This document shows positions 19,845 through 30,578 of a DNA stretch of 64,000 nucleotides, piece after piece. Numbering within the stretch: the first letter of the stretch is position 1; every line of letters begins with the position of its first letter. Position numbers and translations under genes: made by a program. The notes under the pieces were generated by a model. It saw only the letters and a list, made by a program, of their open reading frames with translations, searched no databases and had not been told where the DNA came from. Source of the stretch: Myxococcales bacterium (GTDB taxonomy: Bacteria; Myxococcota_A; Polyangia; Polyangiales; DASUME01); assembly GCA_047601445.1 (NCBI GenBank), contig JASGJH010000001.1, forward strand, positions 8,288,001 to 8,352,000, given 5' to 3'.

Positions 19845-20567
19845 CTAAGAGGGCTGGATGACCGCACAAGCGATAGGCTTGCCGGATTCCCCGGTCGGCC
19901 CGCTGCCCACGTCTTTCTTCTCATGAATCACGATGGCGCGGTGGGCGAGGGAGCGCTCGTCGTTGCCTTCGAGGTGCACGGCGGGGACCACGAAGGTGAG
20001 CTTGCCGTCTCCGTCCTGATCGATCTGGATGTTGCCGAGGTCGCCCGTGTGATGGTGTGGCGTGCTCGGTAGTCCGTGGTGCTCGTCCATCGTGGTGACG
20101 AGGTGCTCGCCCATGCTCTTGCCGGGGATGTCGGAGCAATCGCCCTTCTGGTGAATGTGAATGCCCTTGAGACCCGCGGGAGCGTCCTTGACGTCGACCT
20201 CGATGCGCACGCCGCCAGCGACCTCCTTCAGCTCTGCCTCCCCCTCGAGCTTCACGCCGGGCCCTGCCACGAACCTGGCTTCGGCCGCGATGCGTTTGCC
20301 GGTGGTGTCGTTAACTTCCGAAGGACGCGATGCGGATGGATGTTGTTCGGATTGATTCGTCACGTCGGTGGCGAGCTTGTTGTGCTTCGCCTGCTGAACA
20401 CCTCGTTCCTCCATCGGCTTGATTTCCACCGCCGGCACATCACCGACCGCGGCCCTCTCGTTGTCGCTCTTGGACTGGCTGAGGTGCTCGACCGGTTCGC
20501 GGCATCCCAGGCAGAGCCCCACGAGAGTCGTGGCCATAGCGATGGATCGCGCCTTCGAATGCCGCAT
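19845..20567 (-). CDS. sodC: Cu/Zn superoxide dismutase lipoprotein
   Basis: GIHIHQKGDC, HHTGDLGNI, AIVIHEKKD, GKPIACAVI; lipobox CLGC; AGGAGG RBS. Confidence 0.9.
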   Translation of the reverse strand: MRHSKARSIAMATTLVGLCLGCREPVEHLSQSKSDNERAAVGDVPAVEIKPMEERGVQQAKHNKLATDVTNQSEQHPSASRPSEVNDTTGKRIAAEARFVAGPGVKLEGEAELKEVAGGVRIEVDVKDAPAGLKGIHIHQKGDCSDIPGKSMGEHLVTTMDEHHGLPSTPHHHTGDLGNIQIDQDGDGKLTFVVPAVHLEGNDERSLAHRAIVIHEKKDVGSGPTGESGKPIACAVIQPS

Positions 20568-20757
20568 ACGGTCCTCCTGAGCGAACCTCGAGCTGCGCTC
20601 ACGGGGCGCTGCTTGGCTCCTCAGACGGCTACGGTAGGCACGAGCTTGGCGATGGCTATGGAGAACCACCCGCGTCGCGCCCCAGGAGAGCGGAGTCTCC
20701 GGGGCAATCTCGCCGAGATGCTTCGAGACTTCGAGTCATGAGCGGAGCTCGCACGGG

Positions 20758-20919
20758 CTAGCCGCACCCCCTCATCCGGGGCTCGTCGAGCGCAGCCCTG
20801 CCGCGCAGGGCCTCCGCCAGTAGTTCCTGCAGCTCGTCCAACAGGAAGGGTAGGTGCATAAGCGCAAGGGATTCAGGGGCTTCCTCATCAATCGTGGGGC
20901 TCTCGCTCGGACCTGCCAT
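20758..20919 (-). CDS. Putative small protein (53 aa)
   Basis: MAGPSESPTIDEEAPESLALMHLPFLLDELQELLAEALRG...; GGAG RBS. Not in the ORF track. Confidence 0.4.
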   Translation of the reverse strand: MAGPSESPTIDEEAPESLALMHLPFLLDELQELLAEALRGRAALDEPRMRGCG

Positions 20920-21134
20920 GACGCTCTCCCGGCACTGGCCTCGGGGCCTTTCCCTAAAGACGAAGCAGCGCCGCGAATTTCGACACTCCAGGGGCGCTTT
21001 TCTGGGCGCTGGTGACTTTTTTGTCTGCCCTTGGGACTTGGTGCCCGCAGGCGTCCAAAGCGTTCAAGCCTGCCTGCTTCCGGAATCGACCGAGCGGTGG
21101 GGGCCTCGCCTTGGTGCTACGACCCTTCGCGACG

Positions 21135-21398
21135 ATGGCCCATAGCAGCGACCCCGACGCGTTTTGGCATAGCTGGCCGATGTTGGACCTGCGGGAGTTC
21201 GTGCGCATCGGAGCGTCCGACCTGCGCATGTTCAAGATCGAAATTCCCGAAGACAGCGAGCTTGCTGTGTACACCCTGTTCGATCCCGCCGTGGGGGACA
21301 AACTGATCATCGGCCACGAAGCCCTGTGCTGGTTGGTGGTCCGCGGCTACGCCTCGGTGGCCCTCACGTACCCGGACGGCACCTGGACGCGCGCCTAG
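21135..21398 (+). CDS. Hypothetical protein
   Basis: 87-aa ORF with protein-like composition and GC-rich third positions. Confidence 0.55.
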   Translation: MAHSSDPDAFWHSWPMLDLREFVRIGASDLRMFKIEIPEDSELAVYTLFDPAVGDKLIIGHEALCWLVVRGYASVALTYPDGTWTRA

Positions 21399-21476
21399 GA
21401 CCGCGGCTATGGCCTTGAGCGGTCCCATGCAGCACTGCAACCCACGCGCCCGCGAGTGAATGCGCCGAGTCTCGTC

Positions 21477-22235
21477 TCAGCCTTCGTCGTCGCTGGGACG
21501 CTGCTTGGTTCGTCGGCGCTTGGGACGCGCGAGGCTCTGCTTGTCAGCCGATTTGGCGCGGTATTGGCGTGAGGGCGGCTCCGACTCGTCGGGCTCGGGA
21601 ACTTCGAGCACGCGCAGATCGGGATCCTCCCCCTCGAACCCAGGCTCGCGGTTTTCTCGGCGTTGCAGTGTTCGCGGCGGCAGCAGGTCGGGTTCGGAGG
21701 CGACCTTTTGCGCCATGAAGATGGCTGCGTCGAGTTTGTGGAAGTTGCGTCGGCGATAGAACGCCAGGGCCGACCGGTTGTTCTCGGCGACTTCGAGCAC
21801 CAGATGGGTGCAGCCGCGCAGACGCGCCAGATGTTGCAGCTGCTCGATGATGAAGCCGCCCACGCCGAGACCCTGCACCTTGGGGTGCACGGCCAGCTCG
21901 TCCAGGAACATCGGGCGCATCCCGCGCTTGTCGAAGTAGCGTGGGTTGATCCAGTTGTCGGAGCCAGAGATCTCGAGCGTGCACTCCGCGTAGCCGACGA
22001 TCTCACCGTCGACCTCGAACAAGAGTTGCTCTGCCTCGTCATCGTCGTAGACATCCAAGAAGCGATGCTTGGAGCGAGGGCGCTGGTATTCCACCGTCTC
22101 GCGGTTCACCTCGCGGAACACGAGCTTGAGGAACTCCCAGGTGCGATTGAGATCCCGACGATGCAGGCGACGCACCCGTACTTCGACGGGCGCGTTCTCG
22201 GAATCGGGTTGGTCGTCATCTTGATGGCTAGTCAC
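21477..22235 (-). CDS. GNAT N-acetyltransferase
   Basis: ELAVHPKVQGLGVG and LEVAENNRSALAFYRRRNF. Start uncertain. Confidence 0.85.
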   Translation of the reverse strand: MTSHQDDDQPDSENAPVEVRVRRLHRRDLNRTWEFLKLVFREVNRETVEYQRPRSKHRFLDVYDDDEAEQLLFEVDGEIVGYAECTLEISGSDNWINPRYFDKRGMRPMFLDELAVHPKVQGLGVGGFIIEQLQHLARLRGCTHLVLEVAENNRSALAFYRRRNFHKLDAAIFMAQKVASEPDLLPPRTLQRRENREPGFEGEDPDLRVLEVPEPDESEPPSRQYRAKSADKQSLARPKRRRTKQRPSDDEG

Positions 22236-22361
22236 GGCGGGCCAAAGGGTATCAGCAGAGCCGAGGCTTTCCAGTGCATGTAAAAGGGCTGCCCGCTGCA
22301 ACCCTCGACGCCTGGGAGAGCGGATGGTGGTGACGGGGCTGAGCGTCAAGGGGAGCGGCTA

Positions 22362-22432
22362 GGTTCACGTCGCCGTCGCCATCGCCATCAGTGTTCACGT
22401 CCACGTAGTCGTGCGCGTACTCGTACTCGATC
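22362..22432. repeat. Hexamer-periodic low-complexity intergenic tract
   Basis: CGTCGCCGTCGCCATCGCCATC...CGTACTCGTACTCGATCTC immediately downstream of the beta-lactamase stop. Confidence 0.55.
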
Positions 22433-23416
22433 TCAATTCCCACTTCCCTCCCTCATCCCCACCACCACTCTCCCTACCGCCGCCAGCACTCCATTACGCT
22501 CCTCCTCGGACGCCGGCGAGTCCACCGAGTAAGCAGCCACCAGAATCGGCTTGCCGTCCGGCGGCCACAGGACGGCCACGTCGTTGGTGGCGCCGTTCGC
22601 GCACATGCCCGTCTTGTCGCCCGCGCTCCAGTCGGACGGCAAGCCCGCGCGCACCTTGGTGGTGCCCGTGGTGCTCTCGCGGAGCCAGCTCAAGAGCCGC
22701 TGGCGCGAGTCCTCGGACAACGCCGAACCGAGCAGCAAGCTCCGCACCGTGCGCAGCATGGCAGCCGGGGTGGTGGTGTCGCGCGGGTCGTCCGGCAGCG
22801 CGCTGTTGAGCGTGGGTTCGTTGCGATCGAGCCTGGTCTCGGCGTCGCCCCAGCCGCGGATGTAGCCCGTGAGGCCCGCGGGGCCCCCCAGCGTATCGAG
22901 CAATGAATTGGCCGCGGTGTTGTCGCTGACGCTCACGGCTGCGGCGCATAGTGCCTCCACAGTGAGTCCCGTCGCCACGTGCTGCTCGGTGATCGGAGAG
23001 TGCGCCAACAAGTCCTTCTTCCGCCAGCGCAGCACCCTGTCGAGCTTTTCCTCGCCGCGCTCCACGCGCGTCAACACGGCGGCCGCCAGCAGCAGCTTGA
23101 AGGTGCTGCACATGGGGAAGCGCTCATCGGCGTGATAGGCGAGCTCGATGCCCGTGCCGGTGTCTGCCACCATGACGCCAAGGCGCCCTCCGACACCTTC
23201 GTGAGTGGCCTCGAGTCGCTCGCGCGCCGAACGGCGAGCCTCCTCGCCGGGCGCGGGTGCGGGGGAGGGCGCAGCGGATGGCGCGGCTTCGGGCGCAGTC
23301 GAGACCGGCGTGACCTGGGGCGCGGCCGGGGAGGGTTGAGGACGCGTGCACGCCTGGCTCTGCAGGATGCAGAGTGCGGCGATGGACAGGATTCGTGGTG
23401 ACGGGGCTGCGGGCAT
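22433..23416 (-). CDS. bla: Class A beta-lactamase (probable lipoprotein)
   Basis: FPMCSTFK (SxxK), SDN, omega loop LDRNEPTLN (E166/N170), DTTTP, KTG. Confidence 0.95.
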   Translation of the reverse strand: MPAAPSPRILSIAALCILQSQACTRPQPSPAAPQVTPVSTAPEAAPSAAPSPAPAPGEEARRSARERLEATHEGVGGRLGVMVADTGTGIELAYHADERFPMCSTFKLLLAAAVLTRVERGEEKLDRVLRWRKKDLLAHSPITEQHVATGLTVEALCAAAVSVSDNTAANSLLDTLGGPAGLTGYIRGWGDAETRLDRNEPTLNSALPDDPRDTTTPAAMLRTVRSLLLGSALSEDSRQRLLSWLRESTTGTTKVRAGLPSDWSAGDKTGMCANGATNDVAVLWPPDGKPILVAAYSVDSPASEEERNGVLAAVGRVVVGMREGSGN

Positions 23417-23444
23417 GCCGCCAGGATAGCGCGCGGAAGTTGCC

Positions 23445-25400
23445 TCAGTGGTCGAGGCGTTCGCGCATGGTGCGCAGCAGCTGTTCGCACGAAAATGGCT
23501 TTTGCATGAAGTGCACGTCGATGTCCTTGGACAGTGGCTCGACGGATTCGCTGCGGTAGCCGCTGGTGCAGATGACCTTCAAGCTCGGTGACGCGGCGCT
23601 CAGCGAGCGTGCCAGCTCGAGCCCTGTCATCCCCTCGGGCAACACCATGTCGGTGACCAGCATGGCGATCTTGCCGTGCTGCTCGCGCCACAGGCGCAGC
23701 GCCTCGTGACCGTTGGCCGCCGAGAGCACGTGGTAGCCGTGTTGCTCGAGGACCCCATGTACCAGGCGACGCACGCCGCCTTCGTCTTCCACCAGGAGAA
23801 CCGTCTCATGGCCCGTGCCGAACTCCTTGGGTGGGGCACCGCCACGCGATAGCTGCTTGGGCGCGTTGGGATTCAAGGGCAGCATGATGGTGAAAGTCGT
23901 GCCCTGTCCGAGCTCGCTGGTCACCGCGATGGAACCCTTGTGCTGCTGGACGATGCCGAACACCGTGGCCAGGCCGAGTCCCGTTCCTTTGCCCTGCTCC
24001 TTGGTCGTGAAAAACGGCTCGAACACGCGTGGCAGCACGTCCACGGGGATGCCCACGCCGGTGTCGCTCACCTGGATCTGCACGTAGGCGCCCGGAGGCA
24101 GGCTCGGGTGCTCATCGACCACGAGCAGGTGCGTGGAGATGGAGAGCCGTCCACCGTGGGGCATGGCATCGCGGGCGTTGATGGCCAAATTCAGCATGAT
24201 CTGGTCGAGCATGCCGCGGTCTGCGTGCACCGAGAGAGAACCCGGGTGCAGCGAGAGCTCGAGCCGCACGTCTTCTCCGATCACGCGCGACAGCAGCTTG
24301 CTGGCCTCCACTACGAGCTCGTTCACGTCGAGATCGCGCGCCCGCATCACCTGGCGCCTCCCGAATAGGAGCAGCTGCTGAGTGAGGTTCGCCGCGCGAT
24401 CCGCAGCGTCCCGGATCTGGCCCAGGGACTCCTGGACGCGCAGGGGCAAATCCCTGGTGCGTTGGGCCGACTCGGCCTGCATTCCGATCACGGTCAGCAG
24501 ATTGTTGAAGTCGTGGGCCACGCCGCCCGCGAGCCGCCCGATGGCCTCCATCTTCTGAGATTGCCGGAACTGGTCTTCCAGGCTTTTCGCGTTCGTGATG
24601 TCCTCCACTACGCCGACGATTCGGATGGCGCGCCCCTGGCTGTCGCGCACCGGAAAGGCGCGGTCGTGCACCCAGCGGACCTGGCCGTCTGGACGCACCA
24701 CGCGGTACTCGACGTCGTAGCGACCGTCGACCTGATTGGCGACTTCGCGCAACACGCGTTCGCGGTCCTCCGCGTGCAGCGCGTTGAGCCAGGACGCCGG
24801 CTCCTGGATCAAGCTGCGACAGCTGCGCCCCCAGATGGTTTCATAGGCGGGGCTCACGTAGTGCATCTGACGTTTGTCGGGCGAGGCGATCCAGAGACAT
24901 TCACTGATGTTCTCGGCCAGCTCGCGAAAGCGCTCCTCACTGGATTGGGCGCGGTTCAGTCGTTCTTCGCTCTCGCACAGCGCTTGCTCGACCTGCTTGC
25001 GCGGGGTGACATCGGAGAGCGTGCCGAGGATCAGACGGACGCTGCCATCCGAATGTCGCGCCAGCACCCGCTCACGACCGTTGAAGTAGCGTGCCGAGCC
25101 ATCGCGGTGACGCAGCCGATGTTCTTCCTCGTGCACTTCTCCGTCGGCCATACCGCGCCAGTCCGTGAGCAGTCGTTCGAAGCGCGGGGCGTCCTCCGGG
25201 AGCACCAGCTCGCGCAGGTGCTCGATCGAGTCGAGCGGAGCTCCTTTCCCGTAGCCAAGGTGGGCCGGAATGGAGCGGTTCATGTAGTCGACGCTCATGG
25301 CGTCGAAGTCGAAGACATAAATCCAGGACGGCGATGCCTCCGCGATCGAGCGCAGGAAAAGCCCAGCTTCGAAGGGTGATCCTTGATCGAGCGTCACCAT
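23445..25400 (-). CDS. PAS-PAS hybrid sensor histidine kinase/response regulator
   Basis: Two PAS/PAC domains, AHDFNNLL H-box, [17 protein letters not shown]-terminal receiver. Confidence 0.95.
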   Translation of the reverse strand: MVTLDQGSPFEAGLFLRSIAEASPSWIYVFDFDAMSVDYMNRSIPAHLGYGKGAPLDSIEHLRELVLPEDAPRFERLLTDWRGMADGEVHEEEHRLRHRDGSARYFNGRERVLARHSDGSVRLILGTLSDVTPRKQVEQALCESEERLNRAQSSEERFRELAENISECLWIASPDKRQMHYVSPAYETIWGRSCRSLIQEPASWLNALHAEDRERVLREVANQVDGRYDVEYRVVRPDGQVRWVHDRAFPVRDSQGRAIRIVGVVEDITNAKSLEDQFRQSQKMEAIGRLAGGVAHDFNNLLTVIGMQAESAQRTRDLPLRVQESLGQIRDAADRAANLTQQLLLFGRRQVMRARDLDVNELVVEASKLLSRVIGEDVRLELSLHPGSLSVHADRGMLDQIMLNLAINARDAMPHGGRLSISTHLLVVDEHPSLPPGAYVQIQVSDTGVGIPVDVLPRVFEPFFTTKEQGKGTGLGLATVFGIVQQHKGSIAVTSELGQGTTFTIMLPLNPNAPKQLSRGGAPPKEFGTGHETVLLVEDEGGVRRLVHGVLEQHGYHVLSAANGHEALRLWREQHGKIAMLVTDMVLPEGMTGLELARSLSAASPSLKVICTSGYRSESVEPLSKDIDVHFMQKPFSCEQLLRTMRERLDH

Positions 25401-25503
25401 CCTTCTCGATCATCACGTGGCCCGTTCGAGAGTCAAACGCCCAGCGCTCACGTCGGGCGCGCGCTCGCACGGCGAGGTGGGCTAGTCGAATGGCGGTGGG
25501 TGG

Positions 25504-27537
25504 CTAGTCGAAGGCGCTGGTCGGGAACACGAGGATCTCGCCCTGCTTGTTGCCCACGGCGACCTGACTTCCGTCGACGCTCAGGCGTGCGGTGCTCATG
25601 GCTGCGCCCGCGGGCGAAAGCGTCCTGGTGACACGCGTCTCGGGGTCGTAGAGCATGAGCTGGTGAGGGCCTGCGATTAGGACTTGCTTGGCGTCCGAGC
25701 TCGCGCTGATGGCGAGTACGGGTCCGTTCAGGCGCGGCAGCTCGTGCACGGGCTCGCTGGCTGGCGGCTGCCACACCATGCTGCGACCGGCGTTGTCCCC
25801 CGTGATCACGCCGCGCTGGGAGAGAAAGAGGGCCGCGCTCAGTGCGGACTCCGAGGGCGACTGCAGCTTCGTTACCTGCTCACGAGCCAGATCCACGAAC
25901 AAGAAGGCCGAAGACAGCGTACCGATCACGGCCTTGCGTCGATCGCTGCGCACCGCCAGCACCCCCGAAGGCTCGAGCGGCAGATCCATGCTGTCGCTCC
26001 GGTGCCCGAGCTCCGAGAAGGTCAACACTTGACGGTCGGCGGTGACCACCACGACCCCGAGGTCGAGAGAGCCCGCGAAGGCGATGGCGCTCTCGAGTTT
26101 CTCCGATCCCACCGAGACGCCGCTCATCAAGGACCACTGTGTTAGTACGCCCTGGGAGGTCTTGGTGAGGGCGTAGCTGCTGGCACCGAAGTATGCGCGC
26201 TCGACGTTGCCCGCGGGCAGAGTGCGTAGCTCGGTGCGCGACTCCGGGTTCCAGACGCGGACGCGGCCCGACTCGGCGCTGAAGGTGGTGATCAACTTGC
26301 GGTCGATGCTGAAGCTCAGCATGTGAATGGCGGTGTCCGGGGACTCGGCGCGAAAGCGCAGGCTGGGCTCATGCACACGCCCCGCGTGAGCCCGCTCCGG
26401 CTGATGGGGCTCACTCTCCTCGCCGAACCACGACAGCGATGCGGCCGCGGCTCCCAGCACGGTGTGGCGCGGTGCGGCCAGCTGGAGTCCCCAGATGCCG
26501 AAGGCCAGCGCCAGCATCGCGCCCACGCTGAACCAGGCGAGCTGACGTCGGCGGGACGGGATGGGCGGAGCGTGCACGCTGGGTTGGGCCTGCACGGCCG
26601 CATCCGCGTGGGAGGGGCCGATGCGAATCGGGAGTGTGGCCTCGACGGCTTCGTCCCCCGACAGCGCCATGCTCGAATCGATGCAGGCCAGGGCCCGCTG
26701 AGCGCGCGCGCTGCCGTAGTGGGCGATGGCGCGCGCGAAGGCGCCGGCGCTCTGGTAGCGCCGCTGGGGGTTGCGCTCGAGGCAACGCAGCACCGCGAGG
26801 CGCAGGTTTTCGTCGAGCTCGGGCAAGTCCTCGGGCGTGGGCGGGTCGCCCGTGAGGATCGCCGCGCACAGACCCGGCATGCTGTCGGCGTGAAAGGGCG
26901 GACGCCCTGCGAGCAGCTCGAAGGCGACCACGCCGAGGGACCACAGGTCCGAGCGCGGGCTGGTGTTGCGCAGGGAGAGCAGCTGCTCGGGCGCCATGTA
27001 GGCCGGGGTGCCCAGCAGTGCATTGGTGATGGTGATGGTGCGGGCGTCCTCGAGCTTGGCGATGCCGAAGTCCACCACTTTCACCTGGGGGATCGACGCC
27101 ATGCTCAGGAACATGTTCTCGGGCTTGAGGTCACGGTGCACTACGCCCGCCTGATGCGCCGCCACCAGGGCCGCCGCCGCTTCCACGATGATGTCCACGC
27201 ACTCCTCGCGTGGCACGGGCCCACGCTCCATACGGTCGCGCAGGGTCTCGCCCTGCAGCAGGTCCATCACGATGAACAGCGTGCCGTCGGCCAGCCGGTC
27301 CACGTCATAGACGCTGACCACGTAGGGGTTGTTGATGCGGGCGGTGGCCACCACCTCGCGCCCGAAGCGCTCCACGATGTCGCGTTCTCCGCTGAGCTCG
27401 GGCCGCAGCACCTTGATGGCGACCTGGCGGTTCATCGACAGATGGGTGGCCGCGTAGACGTTGCCCATGCCGCCCTGTCCGATGGCGTACTCGACCCTGT
27501 ATTTGTTGAGCAGGACGGTAGGTGCTGCGAGTTCCAT
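25504..27537 (-). CDS. Ser/Thr protein kinase with transmembrane segment and WD40-like C-terminus
   Basis: IGQGGMG, VAIK, HRDLKPEN, DFG, YMAPE. Confidence 0.93.
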   Translation of the reverse strand: MELAAPTVLLNKYRVEYAIGQGGMGNVYAATHLSMNRQVAIKVLRPELSGERDIVERFGREVVATARINNPYVVSVYDVDRLADGTLFIVMDLLQGETLRDRMERGPVPREECVDIIVEAAAALVAAHQAGVVHRDLKPENMFLSMASIPQVKVVDFGIAKLEDARTITITNALLGTPAYMAPEQLLSLRNTSPRSDLWSLGVVAFELLAGRPPFHADSMPGLCAAILTGDPPTPEDLPELDENLRLAVLRCLERNPQRRYQSAGAFARAIAHYGSARAQRALACIDSSMALSGDEAVEATLPIRIGPSHADAAVQAQPSVHAPPIPSRRRQLAWFSVGAMLALAFGIWGLQLAAPRHTVLGAAAASLSWFGEESEPHQPERAHAGRVHEPSLRFRAESPDTAIHMLSFSIDRKLITTFSAESGRVRVWNPESRTELRTLPAGNVERAYFGASSYALTKTSQGVLTQWSLMSGVSVGSEKLESAIAFAGSLDLGVVVVTADRQVLTFSELGHRSDSMDLPLEPSGVLAVRSDRRKAVIGTLSSAFLFVDLAREQVTKLQSPSESALSAALFLSQRGVITGDNAGRSMVWQPPASEPVHELPRLNGPVLAISASSDAKQVLIAGPHQLMLYDPETRVTRTLSPAGAAMSTARLSVDGSQVAVGNKQGEILVFPTSAFD

Positions 27538-27721
27538 CGTGTCGACTCCGGGGGGCGAACTGAAGCCGGAGCAGAGCAAGAACGAGTCCACTTTCGCACA
27601 CTGAAAAGCGCTGCAGTTTCGTGAGGCATCCGCCACCACGCGGGCAAGAACGCTACACAACGATGCAAGACGTCCCAACCGGCCTGCGGAGCGGGTATTG
27701 GGCGACCTCGCGAACTTGGTT

Positions 27722-28093
27722 CTAGGCGCTGGGCGGAGCGCCTTCACCGTCGACGGGCGCTACCTCGTACAGACCCAGGGCGCGTGAGGCGGTGACCCGA
27801 ATGCGCATGGCGATGTCTTGGTCGGCCTCGGCGATGTCGTGGGCCAGGGCGATCACGTCGGTGAGCGCCGAGCGCGCCGCGCGCAGCTCGCCGAGCAGCC
27901 AGCGCACGTCTTGAACGCCGACCTCGGCCTCCGCCGCGATCACCCGCTCCACGTCGCGCGAGCGCCACTCGACCAACACGCTCTTGGAGGGCAGAAAGCC
28001 CGCGCCGCCACAATCAGGACAATCCACGGCGCCGTAGTCGGTGGGCAGCTCCCCCGAACCCGCGCAACTCGCACAAATCGGACCCTTGGCCAT
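27722..28093 (-). CDS. Hypothetical protein with a DnaJ-like CxxCxGxG zinc finger
   Basis: CASCAGSG...CPDCGGAG. Confidence 0.7.
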   Translation of the reverse strand: MAKGPICASCAGSGELPTDYGAVDCPDCGGAGFLPSKSVLVEWRSRDVERVIAAEAEVGVQDVRWLLGELRAARSALTDVIALAHDIAEADQDIAMRIRVTASRALGLYEVAPVDGEGAPPSA

Positions 28094-28233
28094 GCGCGCT
28101 ACATAACATGGGGTAGCCAAAGCCTGCGAGCGATTCACGTGGGCCAAGAGTGCTCGATACCCTCTCGCAGGGGCCGCCGACCCGAAGGCGCCCGATCCAG
28201 GTGCCACCCCGAGCTCACGCCCGGGGGCCCTGC

Positions 28234-30423
28234 TCACTGGAGGACGAGCTCGCAGTCCGGATCGTTATCGTCGACCAGCTTGTCGCAGTCGTCGTCGATG
28301 CCGTTGTAACAGTCTTCGAAGGCGCTGGCGTTGCAGCCGCAGTCGACGTCGTCGCCATCGATCTTGCCGTCGCAGTCGTCGTCCAGGCCGTCCTTGCACT
28401 TGGTCTCGGTGGCCGCGCAGTTGCAGCCGTCGTCGATGGTGCCGTCACAGTCGTCATCGACGTTGTTGCCGCACACCTCGGTCATGGGAGTGCAGCAGTC
28501 CTCGTCCACGATGGCGTCGCAGTCATTGTCGAGGCCGTCGCAGATCTCGATGAACGAGGGGCAGATGGCCTCGGTGTCGATGGCCCAGAATGCGCGGTGG
28601 TTGCCCTCGTCCAGTTGCTGGAACGGCATCCAGAAGCCAGCGAAGCTCGGGTCCTGGCCAGGCTGGCCGATCAGGTCGGGTTCGATGGCCGCGCCCCAGA
28701 GTTGGTCGCGCCCAGCGCCGACCAGCACGTCGCCGTAGTCGCGGATGGAGGAGAACGCCAACCAGAAGGTGCCCGGGGTGTTGCTGGGAGCCCAGGTCGG
28801 CATCGAGTTGCCGATGCCGGTGATGCCGTCCTGGTGCCGCACGCGCTCGTTCAGGCGCGTGATCGCGATGGGATCGCTGCCGCCCGCCGCAGGGGTAAGC
28901 CAGAGCTGAGAGGTCTTGTTGTCCTTCGAGGCTCCCACGCCGCGCACGAAGGCGATGTGCTTGCTGTCGGGCGAATAGCTCGGAAAGTACAGGCTGTCCG
29001 TGCTGCTCTTGCTCGCCACGATCACTTCGGGAGTGCCGAAGCCGTCGTTTGCCAGCACCGGAATGCGCGCGATGCTGGTGCCCTGCACGTGCTTGTTGTC
29101 GGGCGCCTTGCCGTCTACCTGGTAGGAGACCGCCACGTACTTGCCGTCCGGAGACCAATCCGGATGCGAAGCGAAGGCCTTGGCAGGCAGTGTCACGTTC
29201 TTGATCTTGGCGCCGGTCTGCGCGTCGAGCAGCGTGAGTACGCCCTTGTTGGCGAATAGGAGCCGCGAAGCTTCCGGGTTATAGGTGCCGAAGCCGTAGG
29301 CGTAGGTGCTGTTGTCGGCGGGGTTGACCGAGATCTCGAGCGTCCGGTCCGGAATGCTCACCTGACGCAGCTTCTCGCCGCCGTAGCCACCCACCAGATG
29401 TTTGCCGTTGCGCGAGACCGTGTGACAGGACACGCAGGTCTTGTCGCCGCTTTCCGGGTCCGTATAGAACTTGCTGGCGATCGGAGAAGACAGCGTGGCG
29501 CGCATCACGCCCGCGGCGCCGGTGGACCAGTAGTAGAGGGCGCCCAGCACTTCGGACTCCGAGAAGTACAGAGTCACGGGCTGCGAGCGGTGAACGGTGG
29601 CGGGGGAGGCCGTGGAGAGGCCGCGCACCGTCAGCGTGAGACTCGACCCTGCATGGGTGTCGGCGAGCCAGTGCCAAACATCGGCGCTGGGGAGCCAGGC
29701 CTTGCTGTTGGTGTAGTAGCGCACGGACGCCACCGCGCTGTCGAAGCGCACCTCGAACAAGTCGAGGCTCGCTCCGGCACGCCACTGGTAGTTCACGCGC
29801 TCGAGGTTGCGCGGAAACATGGTCTCGTTGCTGGGATAGACCACCAGAGGCGAAGCAGGCTGTCCGGTCAGGTCGCCCGACGTGTCCGCCGGGAAGAGGT
29901 CTGCCGCTCCTGCCGGCGCGTTCGGGTCTGAAAGCTGTGCCTGCAGCACGACCTGGACTTGAGCCGTCGCTTCCGCGCCGCCCAAGGTTGCCTTGAGCGT
30001 GCCTGAACCGCCGTGATTGCGCGTGGAGAGCGTACCGCTGGAGATCTGCGCGAGGTCGCCCGGATTCAGGCTCAAGATCACCTGGCTGGTGACGTCGCGC
30101 TCCTGGCCGCCGAAGGTCCCGTAGACGTGCACCGTCGCGGTCTCACCGGGGCTGATGCCGTTGTCGATGATCTGGATGCTGGAAGGGTCGATGCGCAGTG
30201 CCGAGGCGATCTGATCACCGGCGTCCACGTCTCCTTGGTCGCCATCACCACCACCGAGATCGCCGTCCCCATCACCGGCCGTGTTTCCGCCATCGTTGCC
30301 GCCGGCATCCGCATACGGGTCGTCGTCGTCGGTCGACCCGTGTTCCTTCCCACCGTCTCCACTACACGCGACGAACAACATCATCAGCGCAACAGTCGCG
30401 CTGCCCCCACCCAATTTCTTCAT
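28234..30423 (-). CDS. TolB/PD40-repeat lipoprotein with C-terminal Cys/Asp-rich repeats
   Basis: Lipobox FVAC, HPDWSPDG and PSYSPDS, CVSCH, C-terminal C.DG.DDDCDG.ID repeats. Confidence 0.85.
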   Translation of the reverse strand: MKKLGGGSATVALMMLFVACSGDGGKEHGSTDDDDPYADAGGNDGGNTAGDGDGDLGGGDGDQGDVDAGDQIASALRIDPSSIQIIDNGISPGETATVHVYGTFGGQERDVTSQVILSLNPGDLAQISSGTLSTRNHGGSGTLKATLGGAEATAQVQVVLQAQLSDPNAPAGAADLFPADTSGDLTGQPASPLVVYPSNETMFPRNLERVNYQWRAGASLDLFEVRFDSAVASVRYYTNSKAWLPSADVWHWLADTHAGSSLTLTVRGLSTASPATVHRSQPVTLYFSESEVLGALYYWSTGAAGVMRATLSSPIASKFYTDPESGDKTCVSCHTVSRNGKHLVGGYGGEKLRQVSIPDRTLEISVNPADNSTYAYGFGTYNPEASRLLFANKGVLTLLDAQTGAKIKNVTLPAKAFASHPDWSPDGKYVAVSYQVDGKAPDNKHVQGTSIARIPVLANDGFGTPEVIVASKSSTDSLYFPSYSPDSKHIAFVRGVGASKDNKTSQLWLTPAAGGSDPIAITRLNERVRHQDGITGIGNSMPTWAPSNTPGTFWLAFSSIRDYGDVLVGAGRDQLWGAAIEPDLIGQPGQDPSFAGFWMPFQQLDEGNHRAFWAIDTEAICPSFIEICDGLDNDCDAIVDEDCCTPMTEVCGNNVDDDCDGTIDDGCNCAATETKCKDGLDDDCDGKIDGDDVDCGCNASAFEDCYNGIDDDCDKLVDDNDPDCELVLQ

Positions 30424-30578
30424 GGTGCAATGGTTCTGGGATTGGGCAGTTTGGTTGAAAGAAACGCGCAGGACTGTCTCGGCCCATACGAGGTTCGAGG
30501 GGCACACCTTCACCCAGCGGAGGGGCAAGGCACGTATGTGCGCCAGCCTCTCACCCCGCAGGAGTGCGCACCTTCTCC

